Notes: generated by a model not told the origin, from the sequence alone. A DNA stretch of 64,000 bases from Woeseiaceae bacterium (GCA_035344075.1 DAORAI010000005.1:1509-65508), one strand, 5' to 3'. Shown: positions 18,650-29,404, counted from the stretch's first letter. Program-made: numbers and translations.

Positions 18650-20150
18650 TCGCATTCATCCAGTAAGGCCGGTTCGGACAAAGGCCCGATCCTCCTTATT
18701 CTGTCTGTTGTTAATGGTGTCGGGTTTGTACAGCGTTCCCGCGGCGGCCCAGGACTGGGAGATAGAGCCTTACATCGAGGTGATTGCGACCTATACCGAC
18801 AACCTGTACCTGCTTCAGAAAGGCTTTGAAATTTCTGACTACGTTGGACAGGTGAATCCCGGCATCAATATCGTCAGAAACGATGGCCGATTCACAACAG
18901 ATACATCGTATCGCATGCAAAATTTGTTCTTTGCAGACGACAGCGACCTTGACACGATTTTTCATCAGCTAAACTCGTCGTCGACACTCGAACTCGCGGC
19001 TGAAACGTTTTTCATTGACGTGGATGCAGCGATAGAACAATCCATATTGGACCCGACTCGGCCCATTTCCACGAGCAACGTCATTACGACGTCAAATTAC
19101 GGCGACGTAATCTACGCTGACATAAATCCATACCTGGTTCAGCGCCTCGGAAATTCAAGTGCCTATGCACGCGTCGACTATACCTGGGGCATCGGCCGTT
19201 ACGAAGATTTTGGACTGCAGACATTCAGCCGCGTCGACGATTTCGATCAGGAATCATGGCGTGCCTACCTTGGTACGGCGCAGCAGGAGACAGGTTTTGA
19301 CTGGGCGCTTACCTATGATCGCCAGTTTGTGAATTACGAGACAATTAGCGACTACAAGTTTGAACGCGCGGGCGCAATGACAGCTATTCCGCTTATGCGA
19401 AATATCCGATTGTTGCTTCTCGGTGGATTTGAAAGCGACGTATTTGTGGGAAGGGACATCGGTGGACTGGATTCCGACTATTGGGAGGTCGGGTTCAGCG
19501 TCAATTCCGGCGAAAGAAACAATTTTGAAGTTCGGGTTGGTGAGCGCTTTTTTGGCAGGTCTTACTTTGGCAATTTCGAGTATGAGGGCAATAACATTAG
19601 TGCGACCATTTCGTACACTGAAAATCCGACGACGTCTGCACTCAGTGGCCCGGGATCATTCGACGCAGATTTCTCCGTCAGCGATCTCGACCCGATTTTT
19701 GACGAAGATCTTGCCGGTGATGAGCTGATCATAGTACCGATACGTGCAGAGGCATACATTTCGAAGATGCTCAGTGCTCGAATCGAAGTCAGTGGCGCGC
19801 GGAGCTTGCTGTTTCTCGCCTACGCAGACGAGGATCGCGAGTTTATTGATTTGGTTGATGGGCTCGCCGGGCAGGAAGATGGACAGGATTCATTGACGCT
19901 TGGCTATCGATACGAGCTGGGTTCACGTACTGAACTTGAATTCAGTGTGGCCACCGGGCGCTACGACTATCCGTTCACCGATGTGCACAGTGACGTCGTC
20001 CAAATTGTGCTGGGTGTTTCGAGACGACTTGGCAGCCAGACCGATCTGCGCGCATCCATTCGCCGTTCGGAGCAGGAAATTGACAACGTCTCGGGTTTTG
20101 GAGACTACGTCGAGAATGCGATCGAGGTCGGGCTGGTGAGACGGTTTTGA
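18627..20150 (+). CDS. PEP-CTERM system-associated outer-membrane beta-barrel protein
   Basis: ATG 18627 lies 5 nt after GGAGG. Signal peptide '...LLLMVSGLYSVPAAA'. Alternating beta-strand pattern and a C-terminal aromatic residue ('VGLVRRF'). Confidence 0.7.
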   Translation: MATITNVDRIHPVRPVRTKARSSLFCLLLMVSGLYSVPAAAQDWEIEPYIEVIATYTDNLYLLQKGFEISDYVGQVNPGINIVRNDGRFTTDTSYRMQNLFFADDSDLDTIFHQLNSSSTLELAAETFFIDVDAAIEQSILDPTRPISTSNVITTSNYGDVIYADINPYLVQRLGNSSAYARVDYTWGIGRYEDFGLQTFSRVDDFDQESWRAYLGTAQQETGFDWALTYDRQFVNYETISDYKFERAGAMTAIPLMRNIRLLLLGGFESDVFVGRDIGGLDSDYWEVGFSVNSGERNNFEVRVGERFFGRSYFGNFEYEGNNISATISYTENPTTSALSGPGSFDADFSVSDLDPIFDEDLAGDELIIVPIRAEAYISKMLSARIEVSGARSLLFLAYADEDREFIDLVDGLAGQEDGQDSLTLGYRYELGSRTELEFSVATGRYDYPFTDVHSDVVQIVLGVSRRLGSQTDLRASIRRSEQEIDNVSGFGDYVENAIEVGLVRRF

Positions 20151-20278
20151 CAGATACTCTGCCCACGGATGATCGAAGGCTCTCTGACACCGCTGCGCGA
20201 CCTCGATCGAAGTCTGGTCTGCGACCCGCCGTTACCGGGAATCTTACCGATGCGCCAGCCGTTCCGCTCCGGAACGGG

Positions 20279-21103
20279 ATGTCAGTTGATGTTGAGGAGT
20301 ATTTCCAGGTCTGGGCTTTTGCACGATCGACCAGCCGGGCTGATTGGGCAGGTTTCCCGAGCCGCATTCGCGAGTCGCTGGGAACGGCGCTGCGGCTTTT
20401 CGACGAAGCCGGAGTCAAAGCGACCTTTTTTACGCTCGGCTGGATCGCAGAGCGCCATCCGGACCTAATTCGTTCGATCGCGGATGCGGGCCACGAAATA
20501 GCCAGCCATGGCTACGCGCATGCAAAAATTACCGAGCAGAGCCAGCAGCAGTTTCGAGAAGATGTGACTCGTGCCAAAGCGATACTGGAGGATGTCTCGG
20601 GCCAACGCGTCCTCGGCTACCGGGCACCCAGCTTTTCGATTGGCACGGACAATCTCTGGGCATTAGATGTGCTGCATGAGACCGGGCATGAATACAGTTC
20701 CAGTATTTACCCGGTCGTTCATGATCACTACGGCATGCCATCGGCGTCGCGTTTTCCGTTTCGCCTGGCGCCTGGCGGCATTCTCGAGATTCCGATGTCG
20801 ACTGCAAATGTCTTCGGCAAAAACCTGCCGTGCGGTGGTGGTGGGTATTTTCGACTCATGCCCTACAACTATTTTCGATGGAGTATTCGCCGCCTGAATG
20901 AAGTCGAGGGACAGTCATCGATATTCTACTTGCACCCATGGGAGCTGGACCCCGATCAGCCACGAATCAAGAATGCACCTCTGAAGTCGAGGATGCGCCA
21001 CTACGTAAATCTCGACAAGACGGAAGGGCGACTGCGAAGATTACTGGCTGATTTTCGCTGGGATCGGATGGACAGGATATTTCTTGGTGATTGTTCCGGC
21101 TGA
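20279..21103 (+). CDS. Polysaccharide deacetylase, XrtA/PEP-CTERM locus subfamily
   Basis: 'MSVDVEEYFQV' start is typical of this subfamily (an alternative TTG start at 20147 is possible). 'TFFTLGWIA', 'ASHGYAH', 'YRAPSFS'. Confidence 0.8.
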   Translation: MSVDVEEYFQVWAFARSTSRADWAGFPSRIRESLGTALRLFDEAGVKATFFTLGWIAERHPDLIRSIADAGHEIASHGYAHAKITEQSQQQFREDVTRAKAILEDVSGQRVLGYRAPSFSIGTDNLWALDVLHETGHEYSSSIYPVVHDHYGMPSASRFPFRLAPGGILEIPMSTANVFGKNLPCGGGGYFRLMPYNYFRWSIRRLNEVEGQSSIFYLHPWELDPDQPRIKNAPLKSRMRHYVNLDKTEGRLRRLLADFRWDRMDRIFLGDCSG

Positions 21104-21118
21104 AGGAAGGCGATTTTC

Positions 21119-22321
21119 GTGAACGATCTGCTGTATTTGACTCATCGAATTCCTTATCCGCCAAACAAGGGCGACAAGATTCGGTCTTACCATTTGTTGC
21201 GTGGCATGGCGGAGCGTTGGAACGTTCACCTTGGTACCTTCATTGACGATCCGGACGACTGGCAATATGTCCCCATGCTTACGGAGTTGTGTTGCGAGAC
21301 GAAGTTTGTAGGCCTGAGTCCAGCAATGGCAAAAGCCAGGGCGCTTCGCGGCCTGATCAGCAACACATCGTTGACGATGCCCTACTACAAAAGCGATGTC
21401 ATGAAACGCTGGGTCAGCGAGATTGCGGCAAAGAAGGACCTTCAGTTCGTGGTTGCTTATTCGTCGTCCATGGCTCAATACGTAACACCATCGGTTGCCG
21501 GCGACGCACGAACTGTCGTCGATTTCTGTGATATCGATTCGGACAAGTGGCGCCAATACAGCAAGAAATCCACTGGTCTCAAGCGGTGGATTTACGGCCG
21601 TGAGGCGAACAAACTATGCTTGGAAGAGACCGACATCGCCAACCGTTTGGATGCCTCGGTCCTCATCTCTGATGACGAAACTTCAATCTTCTGTGAACAG
21701 ATGGGCGTACCCCGAGAAAAAGTACATACCGTCCGCAACGGCGTAGACACGGCGTATTTCGATCCACAGATACCACAGGAAAATCCCTTTTCGGACGACT
21801 GCAAATCGATCGTGTTTGTCGGTGCCATGGATTATTGGCCGAATATCGATGCGGTTAGCTGGTTTGCAAAAGAGATTTTCCCCGGTGTACTTGCGCGAGA
21901 CCCCAGTGCCGTCTTTTACATTGTCGGTTCGAATCCTGGTCACGACGTAAAAAACCTGCAAGACATGCCGGGTGTCGTGGTTACTGGCAAGGTAGCGGAT
22001 GTACGCCCGTACTTGCGGTTCGCACAGTGTGTCGTCGCGCCGCTTCGTGTGGCGAGGGGAGTGCAGAATAAAGTTCTCGAAGCCATGGCAATGGCAAGAC
22101 CTATAGTTGCGACGACTATGGCTCTTGAAGGAATTTCTTTCAGTCCAGACTCCGGGATCCGGGTTTGTGACTCGGTTCAGAACTGGATTGACGAGGTGTG
22201 CGGTGTATTGGCTGAGTGGACACCGGACAGCAGCGTACCGGGCGCAAGGCGACATGTGACCGAGAATTTCAGCTGGGCTGCCAGTGGCCAGGCTCTCGCG
22301 AAAGTCATAACGGGCATCTGA
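21119..22321 (+). CDS. GT-B glycosyltransferase, PEP-CTERM/XrtA system-associated type 1
   Basis: Signature N-terminus 'LLYLTHRIPYPPNKGDKIRSYHLL'. C-terminal 'GVQNKVLEAMAMARPIVAT' (E-x7-E region). Confidence 0.8.
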   Translation: MNDLLYLTHRIPYPPNKGDKIRSYHLLRGMAERWNVHLGTFIDDPDDWQYVPMLTELCCETKFVGLSPAMAKARALRGLISNTSLTMPYYKSDVMKRWVSEIAAKKDLQFVVAYSSSMAQYVTPSVAGDARTVVDFCDIDSDKWRQYSKKSTGLKRWIYGREANKLCLEETDIANRLDASVLISDDETSIFCEQMGVPREKVHTVRNGVDTAYFDPQIPQENPFSDDCKSIVFVGAMDYWPNIDAVSWFAKEIFPGVLARDPSAVFYIVGSNPGHDVKNLQDMPGVVVTGKVADVRPYLRFAQCVVAPLRVARGVQNKVLEAMAMARPIVATTMALEGISFSPDSGIRVCDSVQNWIDEVCGVLAEWTPDSSVPGARRHVTENFSWAASGQALAKVITGI

Positions 22322-23931
22322 TGGCGGTGGATAGGGGCACGGTCATGAGGGGTCGCGATCGAGCGCCGGGAATACCCAGTGTGATGCGTCCTGACTGGAT
22401 TCTCGCGATAGGCCTCTTCATCGCGGCGATCATTGCTTCAGGCATGCTGTTTGTTGAAACGTGGCGCATATTGCTGGGCACGTGGATTAACATCGGTACG
22501 TACAACTACGGTCTGATCGTGCCTTTCATCAGCCTCTACCTGGTTCTAAGAATGAGGAAGCAGCTGGTACGGTTGACGCCAAAGCCGTCGCTGTGGGGGC
22601 CCCTTGCGATAGTCATCATTTCACTCCTTTGGGCAATTGGTAATCTTTCCGGGGTGCTGGTCATTCAGCAGTTCGCTGTACTGGCCCTGATCCCGTCGAC
22701 CGGACTTGCGATTTTCGGGAAAAGCGTCATGCGCTCAGCTGCATTCCCGGCTTTGTTTGTGATACTGGCTTTGCCTGCGGGCGAGATTCTCATTCCCCAG
22801 CTCATTGTCTGGACGGCCGATTTCTCCGTTGTGGCTCTGGAGTTTCTGGGCATTCCGGTATTTCGCGACGGACCCTTCATACGGATTCCGGCCGGCGATT
22901 TTCACGTAGTCAAAGCCTGCAGCGGAATTCGATACCTGTTGACGGCAATCGTACTCGGAGCTTTGTTCGCATATCTCAGTTTCAAATCCTGGCAGCGACG
23001 CGCGGCGTTCCTGTTGGTTTGCGTGCTGGTGCCAATTCTGGCCAACTGGCTGCGCGCGACCGGCATTATTCTGATTGGCCACCTGAGCGGGATGAAGCTG
23101 GCGGGAGGCGTGGACCATTTTATCTACGGCTGGATATTCTTCGGCTTCGTGATGCTAATCATTTTCCTGATTGGCGCCAGGTTCTCAGATCGCAGCTTTA
23201 AAGATCCAGGTGCGTTGCCGTCGCATGAAAGCGCTACCCAAGAGAAGCCGATAAGACCGATTGTGTTTGTTGCGGCATTCATAGGAGTGCTCGTTGCAGC
23301 GCCGGTCGGCACGGTACTTTCGTCGACGCTGTCAGATCGCGCGGTCAGAAACACGATCAGTCTGCAGTCAGTCGCCCTCCCTTCTGCAATTGCCGGTTGG
23401 GAAAGACTCGACTCGTTGACGACAGACTGGAACACGGTTTTTGTCGGTGCGCGTCTCAATCGATCGGTTGAATACCGGGATGGCGACATGCGCGTGATGG
23501 TTACCGCGATCTACTACGACGTGCAGACTGAAGGTGCAGAACTGATTGGCTCCCAGAACAGCCTGTATGAACCTGTAAGGTGGTGGAGCCGGTTCGATAG
23601 CAAGGCCACTTATGCCAGTGAAGAAAACCTTGCCGGACTGAATATCAGGGAATCCAGCGTCAGCGATGGTAACCGTGATCGCCTGATATGGAGCTGGTAT
23701 TACATTTCCGGCGATGAATTTGCGAGCGAGTATCGAGCCAAGCTTGCAATGTTCAAAACCCTGATCAGAGGAGATGGGCAGGGTGTGTACTTGCTGGCGC
23801 TTGCGGTTGACTACGACCATGATGTTGCAGACGCTCGTCGCTCAATGGGGCTGTTTCTCGACGACTACCTGAATCGGTTCAGACAATGCCTGGCTGAGCC
23901 CGCAAATGACGTTGGTAGCACCTGTGACTGA
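22321..23931 (+). CDS. xrtA: Exosortase A (XrtA) fused to an EpsI-family domain
   Basis: ATG overlaps the upstream TGA by 1 nt. Eight-TM exosortase core with Cys in 'VVKACSGIRYL' (codon 22918-22920), Arg in 'ANWLRATG' and His in 'LIGHLSG'. The C-terminal ~200 aa are EpsI-like ('LIWSWYYISGDEFASEYRAKLA'). Confidence 0.9.
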   Translation: MAVDRGTVMRGRDRAPGIPSVMRPDWILAIGLFIAAIIASGMLFVETWRILLGTWINIGTYNYGLIVPFISLYLVLRMRKQLVRLTPKPSLWGPLAIVIISLLWAIGNLSGVLVIQQFAVLALIPSTGLAIFGKSVMRSAAFPALFVILALPAGEILIPQLIVWTADFSVVALEFLGIPVFRDGPFIRIPAGDFHVVKACSGIRYLLTAIVLGALFAYLSFKSWQRRAAFLLVCVLVPILANWLRATGIILIGHLSGMKLAGGVDHFIYGWIFFGFVMLIIFLIGARFSDRSFKDPGALPSHESATQEKPIRPIVFVAAFIGVLVAAPVGTVLSSTLSDRAVRNTISLQSVALPSAIAGWERLDSLTTDWNTVFVGARLNRSVEYRDGDMRVMVTAIYYDVQTEGAELIGSQNSLYEPVRWWSRFDSKATYASEENLAGLNIRESSVSDGNRDRLIWSWYYISGDEFASEYRAKLAMFKTLIRGDGQGVYLLALAVDYDHDVADARRSMGLFLDDYLNRFRQCLAEPANDVGSTCD

Positions 23932-25093
23932 TCAACCGCCACTTGTCGCACACATCATCTACCGACTGGGTATTGGGGGGTTGGAGAACGGTTTGGTCAA
24001 TCTGATCAACTCGTTTCCAGCTGATCAGTATCGCCATGCCGTGATTTGCCTGGCAGGGCATTCCGACTTCGCCGATAGGATTACACGCAAAGACGTCCGT
24101 CTTTTCGACCTCGAAAAGCGCCCCGGAAAAGACTTTCGCTGTTACGTCCGATTGTACCGTTTGTTGCGTCGATTACGACCGAGCATAGTGCATACTCGCA
24201 ACTTCGGAACTCTTGACTGCCAGTTTGTTGCGGCATTTGCTGGCGTGAGTTATCGCATTCATGGTGAGCACGGATGGGATGTCGGCGACCTGCACGGAAC
24301 GCTTGCAAAAACCGTGTTTATGCGCCGACTCTCACGATTGGTGATACACCACTACACGACGGTGTCGCAGCACATGGCAGCGTGGCTGACGAACGTGATA
24401 GGCATTCCCGCAGCCAAATTAACGCAGATATACAATGGTATCGATGCGGCAAAATTCAGTCCGGTCGAAAATCGCACACAGCCTGTTCCGGTTACCGAAC
24501 GCAAACATACCGATCGGCTTGTAATCGGAACGGTGGGTCGCCTGGATCCAATTAAGGATCAGCATACTTTGCTGTGTGCGTTCGATTCTCTGGTTCGAAG
24601 TTCGATTCCCGGTGATCCTGAACTGCAACTTGTCGTGATTGGAGACGGAGAAATGCGGCAGGATCTTGCTCGATTCGTTGCTGAAAGCCGGCTGGATTCG
24701 TACGTCACGTTCGCCGGCGCTTCGGATGACGTCGCCGGACAATTGAGGACGTTTGACATTTTCGTCTTGCCATCATTGAACGAAGGAATCTCAAACACCA
24801 TCCTCGAGGCGATGGCAACAGGCCTGCCGGTGCTGGCAACGTCTGTTGGCGGCAACCCGGAACTTGTTGAAAATGGTGTAACCGGGTTCTTGTTTTCGGC
24901 AGGACAGGTCGAGGAACTCGCGGCTCTGATCAAAGAGTACGTCAAGGATCCCGGCAAGCGGAAGGAGCACGGGGCTGCGGGTAGACGCCGCGCGGTCGAC
25001 AAGTTTGGAATGGATGCAATGGTTGCGAACTATCGTCGCGTTTACGCGCGTAGACAACCGGAAAACAAAGTGCTTGGTAGCACAACAGGATAA
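23906..25093 (+). CDS. GT-B glycosyltransferase, PEP-CTERM/XrtA system-associated type 2
   Basis: 'LVAHIIYRLGIGGLENGLVNLIN' N-terminus and 'EGISNTILEAMATGLPVLAT'. The position right after xrtA matches the canonical locus. Confidence 0.8.
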   Translation: MTLVAPVTDQPPLVAHIIYRLGIGGLENGLVNLINSFPADQYRHAVICLAGHSDFADRITRKDVRLFDLEKRPGKDFRCYVRLYRLLRRLRPSIVHTRNFGTLDCQFVAAFAGVSYRIHGEHGWDVGDLHGTLAKTVFMRRLSRLVIHHYTTVSQHMAAWLTNVIGIPAAKLTQIYNGIDAAKFSPVENRTQPVPVTERKHTDRLVIGTVGRLDPIKDQHTLLCAFDSLVRSSIPGDPELQLVVIGDGEMRQDLARFVAESRLDSYVTFAGASDDVAGQLRTFDIFVLPSLNEGISNTILEAMATGLPVLATSVGGNPELVENGVTGFLFSAGQVEELAALIKEYVKDPGKRKEHGAAGRRRAVDKFGMDAMVANYRRVYARRQPENKVLGSTTG

Positions 25094-25098
25094 GCTAT

Positions 25099-27003
25099 AT
25101 GTGTGGATTCGTTGGAATTGTCGATTTACAGGGACAGCGCGAGATTGACCCGGATTTGCTGCGGAGAATGAACGATTCGCAGTCACATCGCGGCCCGGAT
25201 GAACAGGGCGTTCACCTGTCGCCAGGCGTCGGGCTTGGCCACAGACGACTGTCGATCATTGACCTCTCGTCGGGCCAGCAACCGCTTTACAACGAGGATC
25301 GTTCAGTCGTCGTCGTCTACAACGGCGAAATATACAATCATGCGAGCCTGAGGGAAGAGTTACAGCAGCACGGCCATGTTTTTCGTACACATTGCGACAC
25401 TGAAGTTATTGTGCATGCCTGGGAGCAGTGGGGCGAGAGCGCCGTAACCCGTTTCAACGGAATGTTCTCGTTCGCATTGTGGGATGCCAACAAGTCCGAG
25501 TTGTTCCTTGCGCGCGACAGGCTGGGCATCAAACCGCTTTACTATGCGGTACTGCCAAATGACCAGCTGATCTTCGGCACCGAACTGAAAGCGCTATTGC
25601 TGCATCCGGATTTGCCGCGGGAGCTCAACGGTACAGCGGTTGAGGAATACTTCGCCTTTGGCTACGTTCCGGAACCTAAAACGATCCTCAAACATGCGTG
25701 CAAGCTGCTCCCGGCACATACACTTAGATTCAGGCGTGGGAAAAAAGCCCCGGACCAAAAGGAATACTGGGACGTACCGTTTGGCACCGCGCCAGCAGTA
25801 TCGTTTCAAGACGCACAAGAGGAGCTTGTCGAACGCCTACGCGCATCGGTGCAAAGACGCCTGATGGCGGAAGTTCCGTTGGGGGCATTTTTATCGGGCG
25901 GCGTTGATTCCAGTGCCGTCGTGGCAATGATGTCGGGCCTCTCTGAGTCGAAGGTGAACACCTGCTCAATTTCTTTTGGCGATCCTCGCTACAATGAATC
26001 CCAGTTTGCAGAGCAGGTCGCGAAGCAATACGGAACGAACCACTTTGTCGAGAGTGTGCAGGCAGATGACTTTGGCCTGATCGATACGCTTGCCGCGAAC
26101 TACGACGAGCCGTTTGCCGACAGCTCGGCAATGCCGACCTACAGGGTCTGTCAGCTGGCCCGAAAGCATGTGACTGTGGCCCTGTCGGGCGATGGTGGCG
26201 ATGAGAACTTCGCCGGCTACCGGCGATACCGCTGGCACGCTTATGAGGAAAAGGTAAGGTCTTTGTTGCCCCAGGCCATTCGCGGGCCATTGTTCGGAAT
26301 GCTGGGTTCGGTCTATCCGAAACTGGATTGGGCACCCAAGTACTTGCGCGCGAAAACGACCTTTCAGGCACTGGCGAGAGACAGTCTGGCCGGGTTTCTG
26401 GATAGTGTATCCGTCGTATCAGATGAGAATCGCCGCCTGCTGTTCAGCAAGGCGTTCAAAGATTCACTGCAGGGCTACAATGCAGTGGAAGTGTTCCGGC
26501 ATTACGCAAACAAGGCACCGGTCGACGATGCACTGTCGCTCGTGCAATACCTCGATCTCAAGACCTATTTGCCGGGCGATATCCTGACCAAAGTCGACCG
26601 GGCAAGCATGGCGCATTCTCTCGAAGTTCGTGTGCCGATATTGGACCACACCTTCGTAGAGTGGGTGTCGAGTCTCAATCCCGACTGGAAGCTGCATGGG
26701 CGAGAGGGCAAACATATATTCAAACAGGCCATGAGAAAGCACTTGCCGGACGATATTCTGTTCAGGGAAAAAATGGGATTCGCCGTGCCGTTGGCGAGCT
26801 GGTTTCGAGGCCCATTGAAAGAACGGATCAGAACATTGGCCGACGCGCCTGGACTTGGCCAGCTTGGTCTTTTCGACAGCAATGCAATCAATACAATGGT
26901 GCAGCATCACCAGGCGGGATTGCGAGATCACAGCGCTATTATCTGGTCGTTGGTCATGTTTGAAGCGTCGATGCGAAACCTTGGCCTGTCAAGCAGCACC
27001 TGA
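25099..27003 (+). CDS. Asparagine-synthase-type (glutamine-hydrolysing) amidotransferase, exosortase-A-associated
   Basis: 'MCGFVGIV' carries the N-terminal Cys nucleophile. 'RGPD', 'HRRLSIID', PP-loop 'FLSGGVDSSAV'. 634 aa. Confidence 0.85.
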   Translation: MCGFVGIVDLQGQREIDPDLLRRMNDSQSHRGPDEQGVHLSPGVGLGHRRLSIIDLSSGQQPLYNEDRSVVVVYNGEIYNHASLREELQQHGHVFRTHCDTEVIVHAWEQWGESAVTRFNGMFSFALWDANKSELFLARDRLGIKPLYYAVLPNDQLIFGTELKALLLHPDLPRELNGTAVEEYFAFGYVPEPKTILKHACKLLPAHTLRFRRGKKAPDQKEYWDVPFGTAPAVSFQDAQEELVERLRASVQRRLMAEVPLGAFLSGGVDSSAVVAMMSGLSESKVNTCSISFGDPRYNESQFAEQVAKQYGTNHFVESVQADDFGLIDTLAANYDEPFADSSAMPTYRVCQLARKHVTVALSGDGGDENFAGYRRYRWHAYEEKVRSLLPQAIRGPLFGMLGSVYPKLDWAPKYLRAKTTFQALARDSLAGFLDSVSVVSDENRRLLFSKAFKDSLQGYNAVEVFRHYANKAPVDDALSLVQYLDLKTYLPGDILTKVDRASMAHSLEVRVPILDHTFVEWVSSLNPDWKLHGREGKHIFKQAMRKHLPDDILFREKMGFAVPLASWFRGPLKERIRTLADAPGLGQLGLFDSNAINTMVQHHQAGLRDHSAIIWSLVMFEASMRNLGLSSST

Positions 27004-27020
27004 CCAGACTGTTAAATTCT

Positions 27021-28220
27021 ATGGCCCCGATCCGAATACTGACGTTTTCAACGCTTTATCCCAACGCGAGCATGCCGCGCCATGGAGTTTTCGTTGAGCA
27101 GCGACTGCGGAAGCTAGTCGCCAGCGGAGAGGTGGAATCACGTGTCGTTGCACCGGTCCCATGGTTCCCGTTCAAGAATCAGCGATTCGGATCCTACGCT
27201 GACAGGGCGCGTGCGCCGCATACCGAGGAGCGTCACGGAATATCGGTTGTTCACCCGCGTTATCTTCAAATACCCAAAATCGGCATGTCCATGGCTCCGG
27301 CATTTTTAGCCGCCGGAACGTACAGAGTACTGAAAAAGCACCTTGCGAATGGCTTCGATTTTGACCTGATCGACGCACACTATTTTTACCCGGATGGTGT
27401 GGCCGCTGTAATGCTGGCACGCCGACTTGGCAAACCTGTCGTCGTTACTGCACGCGGCACAGACTTGAATTTGATTCCTCGCTATAGACTGCCCCGCAGG
27501 ATGATTCAATGGGCTGCATCGAATGCAGATGGCATGATCACCGTCTGCGCGGCGCTGAGAGACTCATTGACGAATCTCGGTGTCCCGGCGGAACGCGTTA
27601 CAGTGCTTCGCAATGGTGTTGACCTTGATTTTTTTCGGCCGATTGACAAACTTGAGGCGAGAGGCAAGCTCGGTCTCGACAGTGGCAGCAGAGTATTGCT
27701 GTCCGTGGGCCTGTTGATTGATCGCAAGGGGCATGACATTCCCATTCGGGCACTGCCGAGGTTGCCGGGCGTACAGTTGCTGATTGCCGGTGACGGAGAG
27801 AAAAGAAAATTTCTCGAAGAACTCGCTGCTGCTATCGGTGTTGGTGATCGCGTTACGTTCCTCGGCAGTATTTCTCACGAAAAACTGAAGGTCTACTTCA
27901 GCGCGGCCGATGCACTTGTACTCGCATCAAGTCGTGAAGGATGGGCAAATGTTCTTTTAGAATCAATGGCATGCGGTACCCCTGTCATTGCCAGCGATGT
28001 ATGGGGCACGCCGGAAGTCGTGACCTGTCCAGCTGCAGGTGTGTTGATGGAAGACCGGACGCCGGAGTCTTTCGCAGGCGCGTATCGCAAGTTGATGTCG
28101 GCCTATCCTGATCGTACGGCGACACGCCGGTTTGCCGAGCAGTTCAGCTGGGACGATACGACCAACGGCCAAATTCAGCTAATGCGACGTGTTATTCAAA
28201 ATCACAACGGTCACACATGA
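27021..28220 (+). CDS. Glycosyltransferase family 4 (GT-B)
   Basis: 'REGWANVLLESMACGTPVIASDVWGTPEVV' E-x7-E region. 399 aa. Confidence 0.75.
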   Translation: MAPIRILTFSTLYPNASMPRHGVFVEQRLRKLVASGEVESRVVAPVPWFPFKNQRFGSYADRARAPHTEERHGISVVHPRYLQIPKIGMSMAPAFLAAGTYRVLKKHLANGFDFDLIDAHYFYPDGVAAVMLARRLGKPVVVTARGTDLNLIPRYRLPRRMIQWAASNADGMITVCAALRDSLTNLGVPAERVTVLRNGVDLDFFRPIDKLEARGKLGLDSGSRVLLSVGLLIDRKGHDIPIRALPRLPGVQLLIAGDGEKRKFLEELAAAIGVGDRVTFLGSISHEKLKVYFSAADALVLASSREGWANVLLESMACGTPVIASDVWGTPEVVTCPAAGVLMEDRTPESFAGAYRKLMSAYPDRTATRRFAEQFSWDDTTNGQIQLMRRVIQNHNGHT

Positions 28221-29404
28221 AAATTCTTTATCACCATCGTATTCGATCGAAAGATGGGCAATACGTCCATGTTGAGGAACTGACCAACGCGCTGTTGGAC
28301 GCCGGGCATGAGCTGGTATTTGTTGGACCTAAATCGATCGACAGCGAGGAATTCGGCGCGGATGCAGGTTTCGTCGCCTGGATGAAAAGTCACTTGCCCG
28401 GATTCGTCTATGAGCTTCTCGAACTGGGCTATTCAGTTCTCGATTTCCTGCGCATGTCGAGAGCAATAATCGTGCATCGTCCTGATTGCATTTACGAGAG
28501 GTACAATCTGTTCCTGCCATCAGGAATTTGGGCAAAAAAAGCGTTCAGGATTCCGCTGATACTCGAAGTGAACGCCCCTCTGTTTGAAGAAAGACTGAAA
28601 TACAACGGGATTTCTCTGCAACGGCTGGCGAGTGCGTTAGAACGATATACGTGGCGTGGCGCAGACTATGCTTTGCCTGTAACCGAGGTGCTCGCCGGCA
28701 TGATGCGCAGTGTCGGAGTTGATGCCGAGCGAATTCGTGTCATACCAAACGGCATTAATGTCAAGCGATTCGGAAATGTGCCGTCGCGGGACGAAGCGAA
28801 AGCGAGGCTCGGCCTGGACGGAAAGTTTGTTCTCGGCTTCGCAGGTTTTGTACGTGAGTGGCATGGTCTTGAGCGAGTGCTTGAGTATCTGGCTTCCGCC
28901 GGAGACCGCAATTTACATTTGCTACTGGTTGGGGATGGGCCGGCAAAGGACAACCTGGTAAAAAAGGCGGATGAGCTCGGCATTGCAAATCAGTTCACAA
29001 TCACCGGTATCATCGACAGAGAACGTGTTGCTGCGTACCTGGCCGCATTCGATATTGCGCTGCAACCCAAGGTGGTCGCTTATGCTTCACCATTGAAATT
29101 GTTTGAGTACCTGATGCTCGGTCATGCGATCGTTGCGCCCGCAACTCCAAACATCATGGAGATTCTGGTAGATGGTCAAAACGCGTTGCTGTTTGCGCCG
29201 GATTCGGAGGCGGAATTTTGTGACCAGATCAGGCGTCTGCATCGTGATCGTGAACTGGGCGAGAAGCTGGGTACGAATGCCAGAGAAACAATCCAGGTTC
29301 TTGGTCTGACGTGGACGCAAAATGCGAAGCGAGTGTGCGATCTGTTCGAGAGTCTTGGTGTTGTCGATGCCAGTGCGGACCCATCTGACCGACGTTCGAC
29401 ATGA
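28217..29404 (+). CDS. Glycosyltransferase family 4 (GT-B)
   Basis: ATGA overlap with the upstream gene. 'SPLKLFEYLMLGHAIVAPATPNIMEIL' and GT-B size. Confidence 0.7.
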   Translation: MKILYHHRIRSKDGQYVHVEELTNALLDAGHELVFVGPKSIDSEEFGADAGFVAWMKSHLPGFVYELLELGYSVLDFLRMSRAIIVHRPDCIYERYNLFLPSGIWAKKAFRIPLILEVNAPLFEERLKYNGISLQRLASALERYTWRGADYALPVTEVLAGMMRSVGVDAERIRVIPNGINVKRFGNVPSRDEAKARLGLDGKFVLGFAGFVREWHGLERVLEYLASAGDRNLHLLLVGDGPAKDNLVKKADELGIANQFTITGIIDRERVAAYLAAFDIALQPKVVAYASPLKLFEYLMLGHAIVAPATPNIMEILVDGQNALLFAPDSEAEFCDQIRRLHRDRELGEKLGTNARETIQVLGLTWTQNAKRVCDLFESLGVVDASADPSDRRST

